Shown here: in pieces, positions 13,901-25,900 of the stretch
Numbering within the stretch: the first letter of the stretch is position 1
How the letters are laid out: each line of letters opens with the position of its first letter
Source of the DNA: Carcharhinus amblyrhynchos
Taxonomy: Eukaryota
Assembly: GCA_965287045.1 (NCBI GenBank)
Contig: OZ336882.1
Coordinates: forward strand, 35,526,001-35,590,000
Length of the DNA stretch: 64,000 nucleotides
Direction: 5' to 3'
The notes under the pieces: model-generated
Told to the model about the DNA's origin: nothing
The model's database searches: none
Seen by the model: the letters and a program-made list of their open reading frames with translations, nothing else
Program-made: the position numbers and the translations under genes

Positions 13901-16900
13901 AATTGAAAGTCTGATCAAAAGGAGTCTCTCACAAATTGCCAAAATTAAACAACCTTCAGTACCCTTCCCATTCAGGATGGGATCCATTGCTCCAAACCAG
14001 GCAAAGAGTCCTGAATTTTCAACTAAGTGACCATTCTTTGTACTCAATTCTGGACAGAATATGCAAGTCTTTTTCTGCAAGTGCGTGTGTATGATGGGAA
14101 TAATCATACCTGAGCCTTCTAACCTGAAATTATATCAAAGCATGCACTTTCCAGCAAAACAAATCACAACAGCAATTACATGCCAGAATACAGGCTAGTT
14201 TAATTTTGCCTCTTGAATAGTAATGATATAGGCAAAGAGGGCTAATAGTGAATAAAATCTCAGTTTTTGAACTTTAGAAACTGACTTCAAGTCCAGCTCC
14301 AGACTGATGGGATGAAAAATTCTCCTTTGCAGTTCGCAGGAATGATCCTGTGTGAAATTAGTTTAAGCAGCATCTGTCCAAATTCAAATTGGACAGGAAC
14401 CATAGTACAAAATTGTACCCAAATATAGCAATCTCATCAAGAAACTTGGATCAGTAGCATAGGAAGTGTCACATCGTTAAAAGCAACGAGTGTTCTTCTG
14501 TGGTCAAGGCTGACAAACAGGATGATAGGAGGCTTATTCTAATCTGATTGTGCTGTACCTGATCTGGGAGTTTTAATGCAGAGTATAGATTTTGAAAAAG
14601 GGATCAATTTATTTTGAATTTAATTCAATTTCAAGTCTGGTTAATCAGAACAATTAAAAAGCTGTATTCTGTCTTCTCCTTTACCTACCCAGAATCTTCA
14701 GTGCGACTTGCAGTTGCTGATTTCAGCTTTCCTATCTGCAGATAATGAATGGTACAGGACAATGCAAGGAAGAGAATAAATACTTTAAAGTGATAATCTC
14801 ATCTCCATAGGAGGGCAGCAGGAATCTCACCTCTCCTGCCGCAGCAAAAAGTAAACTTTAAGTGTAACTGGTATCCATGCCAAGTTTCTGCAAATAGCGT
14901 AATTCAGCTATCAAAAGGAAATTGCCTTTTATTTGGCACAATTAGAATTTAAAAAATATCATAACTCATTTTCTCACAACTTTGGCCCAAGTTAACAGAT
15001 TCACAACACATGTAGTATGCAGAGAGCTACATGAAATTACAAGAGATTAGGCCTAACTCTGCTCAGTGACTGGCTGCATTTTTATTCTGATGTGAAAGAC
15101 ATTTTGCTTAGAACAAAATCCTCAAATGTCATCATACCACCACTAGGTGCCACTATTATAATTTACCATTGCAGCAATAGCACAAAAACAAACTACAAAC
15201 ATTTATCATCGGCCACCTAAGAGCTCACTAAAAATTCAGTAAGATTGCGTCTTGTGCGCTGTTTAGAACTAAAATCCAATTAAGTCTGAGAAGCAAACTG
15301 CATTCCTTATGACTAAACTATTCAGCAGCTTTCGAAAAATATCCATTTACAAAATCTAATATTTGGAATTTTGAATCAAAATTTTTTCAAATACCAAATA
15401 TAATCAGATATTAAAGAACCACATTTATGAATCTAGAAAACTTTACTGTGGTAATTTCAATTATTTTCTGCTTGGACACTTCAAATTAGTGTGATATTAG
15501 AAGATATGGCCTAAAAATTTCAATTAGCATCAAGTTGACTTCAATCTACTTTCTGCAAAATTTTATAAACATTCAATTTTTCATATTTATGCACACCACT
15601 GCTAAAAGATAGGCTAACTTCTGACATTTTCTCAATTCAACGTCATAACACAGTATTCGCCACAGTTGACAAAAAACAACTGTGTTGTTATTTCCAAACG
15701 AGATCTTCCATCAAATGACAAACTACCTTAACTCTTAAGGCTAGGATCAGATTGATGAAACAATGCTTTAAAGTTTTGTCCATTTTATAACATTACATAG
15801 TTGCTTAGCCCTTCATAAAATGGTTAACTCAGAAGTGAGAGAATCGATTCATTTAAGATCATATTTTTAAGAGAAAAGCATTTGGATTAGAAGATGGTAA
15901 TACCTTACAAGAGTTCTTGAAGAATATCAGCTTTGTAAGAAACAAGAGGCTCAGTTTTGGTATATAGTTTTTGATTTTTAACTTTTAATGGAAGTGCTCC
16001 ATTTATACTGTTTAATGGTAGTACCTGCAATTATAGAGTAAATGAGCTTCACTGTTCACTCTACAATAAGACAAACAGCCGGTGAATAATATTAAAAGAT
16101 AAAATACTATATTTTTAAGCTAGTGGTTGGCTGGAATAGTTTTTGGCAGCCAGGTTTAAGCTGGTGCAAAGCCATAGGTGTGAAATAGTCTCCTTGGAGT
16201 TGTTTCTTATTCAAAGTTGAATCCCAGATTTATTCCAATTTAACTGCAGCTATATGTCCCAGATTACATTACTCAGAGGCACTGGCTTTGCAGTGACAAA
16301 ACATGAAATAAAACTGTCCAAGTTGTAGGATACTCTATTTCAACTTCATGTGGATTAAACAATCGCAGGACAATGGTTAATAAAAATGATAGGCAGTTAC
16401 AAAATTACCACAAAAAGGTCAAAGGGGCAGAAGGGCAATCAAAATTGAGATCCTGCCCCATGCATTTATGTGAATGGCAAAACATGTCCATTTTTTAGCA
16501 AAAATAAGCTGATTGCATTTTCAAGTTAATGTTTGTGATTTCAAACCCACTTTATTTTTCATCTTATAAAAGTGTCAATGAAAAATTATAAATCACATGA
16601 AATCTGGAAATTTGAAATAAAACTGCTGACAATGCACAGCAAGTTAACAAGCATCTGATAGAAAAAAGTTAACAGTTGAGATTTGGTTCTCAGAAGGGCT
16701 CTTTAGTTGTGATGAATAGTTAAAACATTAGTCTTATTTTCTCTTTCAGATGATTAGCTTCTCTGCACTTCCAACATATGCATTTTAAAAATCAAGAACT
16801 ATTTGAAAAAGGTATGGCATTAGTCAGTTGGCTTAAACAGCCTTGCTATTGCAACAGTTTGATTAAAGCATTAGTGTGCTGTTAAATGTATAGTTCAGTG

Positions 16901-19900
16901 TCTCAATGGATCTAACAAAAAGTCCATTTGTACCTAAAAGCTAGTAGATGTGAGCAAAAGTAAAAGGTAAAGTTGACCAATTCTTAACCCACCTGCCATG
17001 ATGTCATCAAGAGTGTCAGTTAGCGTCTGTGCTGGAGTTGCAACCATTAATCCATCAGGTGCTTGAGCTAAGAGTCCCTGTCCAAGTCCAGCAAGTTGTG
17101 CCTGTCCTAACAAAGGCTGGTTCACAATTACTCTCTGTAGATCAGGTACGTTAGTGATAGGATAAACAGAACTAGTAAAGTTTGGAGACACTTGTGTTGC
17201 TAAAGGTTGGATAGGAACAAACCCCATTTGGGTTGCAGGTGGCTGCTGCTGGCCATCTCTGTGCAAGATGGTGTCCACCTGAGGCAACTTTGAAAAGTCT
17301 TCCTCTGGCAGACAGTCACCAGTCCCCACCTGGGGGAACAGTCCTCCTTGTGGGCATTGCTGCTGCTGTTGTTGCTGGAGCTGAAGTGTCTGCTGTTGAC
17401 CCTTGGCTTCCAAGTACTCTTTGGTAAACTGCTGCTGAGTTTTCAGCTGCAATTCCCTTTCAACTTTTTGCAGCTCTTTCAAAATCTTTTTCTTCTTCTG
17501 GACTTGCTCTTCTCTGCTCTTTTTTAGTTCTTCTATCTTGTCTTTGGTTAAAGTGTCTCCCTGAATCAACTCTAGTGACTTCAATTGTGCCTTCTCAATT
17601 GCGTTAATTCTTTGTCCCAGCTCTGTCAGCTTGCCTTCCGTCTCTTCCACAATGCATTCTAAAGGCTGGTACTCGTGGAAGGGCTGGACATCCTGTTCCG
17701 CTACCTGCAGGGGACTGGACTTCTGCTTGGATGTACCTAAGCACACGAAAAATGTTTGAAAAAATGCCATGCAAAAATTACTTACCCATGTGAAACCAGT
17801 GTAAACTTTGTGGCTTTTATTCAGTCTAGCACTGAACATAAACTATTCTACATTTGCTTTGTTTAATCTAATGAAGTATTTGTATTCCAGATATCACTTT
17901 TGTAGGGTTATCTGAAATTATGTCATGTTTTTTTGTCAGAGAGGAAGAGGGAAAGGAAAAAAATTACATTAAATAGTATCTCCTTCATGGTATTTCTAGA
18001 AAATGTTAAGCTTGGATATAGGGCAGAGATACAAAAATAGCAAGATGGCTAACCAACATTAAGACATCTTTAAAAATAAGTATTATAATATTCTAATCTA
18101 AGCAATTGTGCATTCCCATGTTCGAATGCTACATCTATTGAAGTTTATAATATTTGGGAGCAAGAAATATCTGAATCGAACTTAAGTGGCTCACAGGACA
18201 ACTGAAGAAGTTGCCAAATAATTCAACTGTAAAAATTCAAATTTTCCGAATCATATTTAGATCATTTACACTTGGACCACTTCTGTTAAAGACCTAGATT
18301 AAATGTTACAGGATACAACTGAAAATGGCTATCTGAAGGAACTTTGGTCAAAATTTTCCAATGGTAATACTTAAAATTCCCCAATCTATTTTTCATTTTG
18401 AATGATACTTGGTAAACCACATTAACAATTGTATAATTACAATAATTGATTCATGTTTGTAACATTTCAAAAAATTGTTCCATGTTTCTCCAGATCTCTT
18501 TTTAAAGAATTGTACAACAGAAATCATGCATGTATTTTGAATACTATAACCTCTCAGCATTCTCCATATGCTGACACCACAAAGAACAAGATGCTAACGA
18601 ACTTTGAATACGCAAATATTTAAGGTTTCCAAATTAATTTTTCACAAAAGGCTATTTCAAGTTGACAGGTGAATTTCCCTTGATGATTCCACAGTTTCAT
18701 CCAATAAAACTCCTGGTGATACTGAACAAAAAGCTTATAGTCTTTTAGTTGATCTCAGCTGGAACAGCAGGAAGGCTATGATCTTGGGGCCAGGGCAAGG
18801 AAATGTAGACAGAATTGCCATTCCTGATTATTATTTCCCAACAAGGGTCACTGGGTATAGGCAGGATTAAACTCATCTTTAATAGGTCTCAAATTAAAAG
18901 TGTATTGACATATCTACTTCTATCCATATCACATCTCAACATCTATCCCTTTCACCCATCACGTGCTCAATGCCCTTCATTGCTTCTTGATCCAGCAACA
19001 CCACTACTTTAAAATTGTTATAGAATGCTTCAATGACCTCACCAGTTTCCATCTCAGCACCACTTTAACCCAACAATCCTCCAATTCCAATGTTTCTGAT
19101 CGTTCCACCATTCCTTGAGCTGCAGGCTCTGAAACTGCTTCCCTAAACTTCTTTGTCTCTCTCCCTTCTCCTTTAACAAGCTCCTTAAAATCTATTGCTT
19201 TTAAAAAAATCACCTGTCCCTACATTTCCTTACCTGACTGTCAAATTCTGTTTCACAATGCTCCTGTGAAGCACCTTGGGTGCTTTAGCTAAGCTAAAGG
19301 CACACCATAAATGTATGTTCAGAGAGAGCCACTGCAGGGACAAGACTGCAGATGGAACCTGAACTCATTAAAATATAATCCAGAATAAACACTTCAGAAA
19401 AGGCATAAAATTGAACACACTAAAAATTATCCCAAGATGAAAGACCTTTAGTCAGTAATAAAAATTAAAGATGCTTCTTGAGCCTAATTTCTGAAAAGTG
19501 TTTTTTTTTGGTGGGGTAAGGAGGACGAAGAATGCACCCAACAGTGAGCAGGCCCATCATGGACAGTCTGAAAACAGCCAAAACGTATTACAAACAGCAA
19601 ACCAAAGAAAACAAGGAGGATACTGAAGCTTCGGTCTTAGTTCTCAAATTCAAAACCTAAGTATATTGGTCTGTTGGAAATTTAAACAATCCATTAACTA
19701 CCCTTGTATGCTCCAGGAGAAGGAAATCTTCAAACTTTTAAATCTCATTTTTCTGATAAGTTTTAATCAGTGTCAAAGCAAAAAGCAGGACAGCACACAA
19801 GATTCTGCTGCCTGAAAAAAGGGATTTTTAAACATTTTAAAATAGCTACTTTTAAACAAGGACACGCAATGCCTATTTACACTGGGTTTGTAAGACCTAA

Positions 19901-22900
19901 TACCAGCATGTGGCCAATTAACAACTAGCTACCCTCAATGACCCAAAGCAAGCAACTTTGTGGAATTTTGCTTCTTCAGAAGATGAAAGTGTTCTGTTTT
20001 ACAAGACACCATCCTCAAGTGAAAGCATCTGGCAAAAAGAACACTACATCATTTGCCGCAACAGTACATACAAATGTGATGACTTCTATGCTGTGTTTAC
20101 ACAAATGACAAAAAGGATTGGCATATCATTTTTCATGAAAACACCCCTTGAACTGTGATCCAAAACAAATCTGAATTGCAATTCTCATCCAGACATCCCT
20201 TGATTATATAACAAAGTGGCCTTTCACAGAAAAATTGCATTTTAATTTTGGAGCAATGCTATATTGTGATGAAAACTGGATGTCTTAAACAAAAAACAAA
20301 CTTTTTACAACTAAAAGATTAGATAATAGTCCAGTAGCTCAGTTATCGACTGGAATTACTTAATTTTTTCAGTAATATTAATTTTACTGTCAATATATTT
20401 TTTCAATATTAGCTGCATTTTTGTAAAACTAATTCAACAACAGGGCAATAGTAAGTGTTAGCTAATAATTTGTTTTATTTTTATTCTAGCATATAACATT
20501 TAATGTCAATCATGTAATAATCCAAAAAAGGGACTGAAATTGGCTAATGAAGAGTGGCACAGTAGATGGTGGCCAGTTAGTTCATTGTATTAGTACCGAT
20601 ATTAAAGTCATTTTAAAATTGTAAGCAAGTTGATTTAGCAAGTTGATGAAAATACAACAGCTCATTTCCAATGTCTCAATCTTTTTAAAAATATTTTAAA
20701 ATTATGCAGTCACCTGCATATTATGCATCAAAAACTAGATGCAAGGAAAATTTACACAGGTAAATTAGTAATGTTATTCATAATTTTGACCAAGATCAGG
20801 ATTTTCTAAACAATTCTGGATTTATTTTTATATTTATATATTTAGCTAAATTTATTTCAAGCAATTGAGAAAAGGCTGTGACTAACAGGATGCTGGTGAT
20901 AATGCTTCTATTCCATTGTTTAAAAATTGGGTATCCTAAATTAACATTGAAAGGGCAATATGTTGATCACTGCTTATGACTTCAACATCTGCTTTCTTGT
21001 TGTTCTATTACTCTAATAGTTTTACCAATTCCAAAGCACAGATCTCATGAAGCAGCTGACAATCCTTAACTAAACCTGCTGGGATCAGCAAAACCTGTCC
21101 ACGTTTTTTTTTGAAACTGGGTCCTGATTGGGGTTGCTGCACCTAGAGAAATGGCAACACTAACAATATTAGTACAACAAAACGGAAGTAGCGAAGTTTG
21201 CGATCCAAGTCTTAAAATATAATTTATATAGATAGACATGCTTTAAGCAGAAAGCATTAAGAAGTTCTTTATTGAAGTCTGGACCATTAGTTGTACAGAC
21301 TAAGCAACTTAGTCTGTACAAGTTGCTTGTACAGACACTAACAAAATATTTCAATTACTTGAGAATTCTTTTAATGTAAAAAGGTTACTTTTTGCAACAG
21401 TTAAATGCATTCCTACACTGCTAATTAATCTAGTTTAAAATTATGTACTTCGCAATAAAGGCAGCTGCAGGCATCAGCCTGTTGAGAGTCTAAAACAGTC
21501 ATCTTGAAAAGGACAACTCTTTTGGTTGATTTCAATCCCAGCAGGTATTTGTTAACAATAAGTTACATAAAGATATTTTTTAAAAAGTTAGGCTAGATAG
21601 AGTAGTGCATTACAATGGAGCCTCAATTATCATTGTTCTAATCATTTGAAAATTTGTGGCAGCATTGGTTTCTCCTTCCAGAAAAAAATTCTGATTACAG
21701 AATTTTGCAATAGCAGACCTCCTGCCGTTAGTCAGCAGGCACTGCAGTAGTTGATCTCACATGCCACACGTTTGCTTACAATTCCAGCCGTACACCTGCA
21801 AAAATACTTCATACACTAATCACCATTCTCGCCTACAAAAGCAAGCGCTTAAGTTAGCATGGAGCCACTGAACAATCCCTTCAGATGATTGGAGGTCATT
21901 CAGATCACCAACAGAATTGCTGCAGTGTCTTCAGCTTTCCTTTAACTAAGGAGCCCCTAGTTATTGGTTATCTTCATACATAGAGAAGTATAGCTTATTA
22001 CTGCAAAGTTTAATATGAATTCAGATATGAAAGCATTCCAAAATAATAAGTAGCTAGCATTAGGAATAATAACTCTAGTAAATGTTAAATCCACTCTTTT
22101 TTGTATGTTTCTCACTCAACTCACTTTTAAAATAATCTTTTATCTGGTTTTAAATCCTTAAAAATACTGAGATACACATTAGACCACATTTGAGAGTTGT
22201 GTCATAAAATATAATATTTCTAAGACTAAATCAAACTGAAAATTTCCAATTTTTTTTAATGGTTGTGTACCCTGATATACACTGAAACCCACTACCAAGG
22301 TAACAGCTCTAAATCATGCTATTAAGGAATCCACACGAGTAGTTTCTTTTCACATGATATAGCTGAACATTGCAGGGAAACGCTATAATGGCCTAAATAC
22401 CGAGACTTTTGAAGACCCTCCCAATCTTTCCTCTTAGCCTAAACATTGTGCCGGAGCTTAATTATGCCAGTGCTGCATATCTTACCAGGACAGAGCATGG
22501 TAAGTTTCCTCCAGCTGTCAAGTTAGGGTTACTACCCAAAGGCGGCAACTTTTTATATTGTGCTATGTAAAACTGAATTGCTGCCCACCTCCAAAACAGG
22601 CCTCTCAGCAGCTAAGCTTGTTGGTCAAGCATCAGCTATGCCAACTGGAAATCTATTAGACTCCAGGTATTGAATTACTAAATCAGGAATGGACACTTGA
22701 TCCTTTTCTATTTTTCCACCACAAGGATCATCACATCAGAAACAAAGACATCCATAAAACCTTCCCAAGGAGGATCGTCTTTGCTTGAGCACTAACTGAC
22801 AAGTGCAGTCTTGATAACTCCCTACAATTCAGCTGACACCAGGGAACAGCATGGTGAACAGTAAAACTGAATGTAATGCCACTGTTTGCCTGATTATAGC

Positions 22901-25900
22901 ATGAGCACCATACCTCAATTTGAGGTGCATAACTTCAGTGTTAACTGCTTGCCTCACTACAAGTTTTGGACATACAAAAATGCATTTCCTATCATCAACA
23001 GAACCTTATATTTTATAGAATCTTCAATGTGATGAAATGTTCCAAAGCTCACAGGTGGTCAAAGAAAAATGACTGAGCCAAGATGATAGAGATGATTACA
23101 GTTTGGTTGAACAAATGGATTTTGAGAAAGGTATTGAAGATGGAGGTCTCAGTTTCCTCCTTAGCCACAGTCACTTGCTTTCAGCATGTGGAAGGAAATA
23201 TGTAGGACAGCTGGCAACATACATACCATTTTTGATCTTGTACATATCTAAATCCAATATTATGTACCAGACTTCCTCATCAACTGCTAAATCTAGGCCT
23301 TCATTTAACAGTTTTGGCAGAAATCCTTTGTGCAACAAGAATTATTCCACCTCCAAAGTACTTAACGTTAGACAAAAATTCCTTGAAGTAACTATGTCCC
23401 CTTTATGCCACAAATCCACCTATGGGATCTGGATTTCTCAAGTGAACCAAAGGAAATCCTTCTTTTGCACAAGTAGGGGGTGAAAACATGACAAATTTTC
23501 AGGACATACCTCAAGCATCCATAAGCTTTATTAGGCATGGGATTTTGAGGTCATTAGATCCAATGTTCAATACTTTTCCTCCCCATAGACCTGATCAATT
23601 TGACATCAATGAGCCCAGTATTTATATCAAAGAGCAAATAGGGCCAAACCTCAGTTGTAATACTGCTCTTGAGATATCTGCTAATATAAAAGGTGTTGGT
23701 TGACCCATGGTTCAACATTGTTTAAGTAAAGCAGATTGTATCCCCAGATAAATTCACAAATTCACCAATATCACAAGAGATCATCTTTATAATGGTAAAC
23801 TAATTCTTTCAGCAATGCCTGGAAGGCACAGCAATTCTTGGAAAGCACTCAAGTCATTTTACAAAACATTGATGGTGACACTGCATGAAATGGGCAATAG
23901 TGATTATACTTGACTCCTTATTAGGCAAAGTAGTTCAGTGAATTTCTTAACTACCTTTATTATGGATCTTGGATTTGGAGTACACATCTTATGTACTCTC
24001 TCAGCTTCCAGCTTCCTCATGGGGACTGTGTGAGGCACTAAGTTAAAATGATCTAGGAATGCAATTTCTCTCAGCTTTAGCACATTGTAGCTTCACATAC
24101 AATCAACTACACTACACATTTCTCAAGACCAATATTTTGCTTACTCCGTGGGCCACCCAAGCAGCCAATGTACATGCTGTAATGGCCTTAAGAACCATTT
24201 CAGAGACATGAGTAACATCAAGTTTTTTTCTTAAACAGCTTTCTGGTCTCAGTTGAAGCCCTCATAAATAGAAATCATGACTACATGCTAAAATATCAAT
24301 GGTATGTCTCTCTCAAACAAAATATTCCCTATTCTCTCACCTCAAAAAGCAAAGTAAATTGGCATTTTCTAACAGATTGCCACGACCATGAAAATTTTCA
24401 CCCTAGAACTCCAGCTTTAGGAATTACACACAAAACCTACCTAAACCAGTTCCCTGCCATTAGCTAGGTGACCATCTATGAAAAGTGATCAAAACCATAA
24501 GAGGCAGAAAATCTTGACTTTCAAAGGGCACAAGTAGTGTTTGAACTGAGTTACACTCAACAAATCCTAAATAATCTATGCAAAAATAAAATTAGGAATT
24601 AAACTTGCCTCAAATGAAATCATGTGCTTAATTTATGAAATCAAATGAATTGTTAGGTACAATTCCTACATGTTCCTTCATGGTTCCTTCAGTGTTGTTT
24701 GAGACTCAGGCCCCTAAGGGATGGTAATTGGGAAGGAAACTATACACTTAAAATCCACAGAAAAACACATCAACTTCCTCCCTCAACTAATAAGAAAACA
24801 AGAGACCCTCACCTTTATTAATGACAGAAAGCGTAGCTCCAACATTTGCTGGAGACTGGTCAGGTTCCTGGGGTGGAACTACCATTGCGAGTGCTTGCAC
24901 TGGTACTCTGGGAACCTGAAAAAAAAAATCAACAATTCAATTGCAAATTAAGAGCACAACAATCACAAACTTATACTCCTGTAAGTGATGCCCAACTTCA
25001 CATAAAATTTTCTTTCAAAGTAAAATTCTAATGTTTACCAAAGCCTCAATTTCAATAAAAAGACCAATCTAATGTTGTTCCTAGCCCTGCACATTTTTCC
25101 CCTTCAAGTATTTCGTTTCGAGTTGCTATTGAGTCTGCTTTGAGCATCCTACACGCAATACATTCTAGTTCGCAACAATAGAGTAGAAAAAAACTCATCT
25201 CCCTTCTGGTTTTTTTTTGCTAATTAACTTAAATTTGAGGTATTATTGACCCTTCTGCCACTGCATGTTTTTGAACACCTTGACTAAATCTTCTCTGTCT
25301 CTGCTGTAAAACAGCAAGCCCATTTCTCCAGCCTATGTACTCCTCAATCACTGCTACTATTTTTGGAAATTTCCTCTGTCGTTCTCATGTATGGTGTTCA
25401 GGATTGGACAGTTTTCCAGATAGCACTTAACCAGATTCATAAAAAGTTTAGCACAGCCCTTTTCCTTTTGTACTCTATTATTCATAACGCAAGAGATCCC
25501 TTATGTTTGAACCGTCTAGCATTTTTTTGTGGCACTTTGTTGAATACCATTTGGAAAGCCATATATTCCACATCTAGTGGTTCTCCATTATTTTTCCTAC
25601 AAGTTACATTTTTTAAAAATCTAATACTGTCAAATCAGACTTTCCTTTAAATAAAGCCATGTTGATGAGTTCTAATCATACTATGCTTTTCTAAGTGCAC
25701 TAAGATTTCCTTAAAAGTAGATTCCAACATTGCCCTAACAACTGACACCAGGATAAAAAGCTTGCAGTTCCCCATTATATCTCCCTCCTTTATTGAAAAG
25801 CCACATTGCATTTGCCAACTTGCAATCCTATGGGAGTGTTCCAGAATCAAAGGAATTTTTCAAAATCACAGCTGGTGCAATCACTATTTTTGCAGTAAAA

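Noticed and set aside
16021-16047. ttgcag|gtac as a recursive (zero-length exon) splice site
   Set aside because: The regenerated donor is weak and the intron is only ~8 kb; such motifs occur by chance.
16934-17839. 301-aa ORF as a stand-alone gene
   Set aside because: It is ANKHD1 exon 15 plus intronic read-through; splice sites bound it at 16993-17736.
22481-22507. cttacca...tggtaag hairpin with donor-like sites on both strands
   Set aside because: No convincing acceptor partner and only a 7-bp stem; not enough to call an exon.
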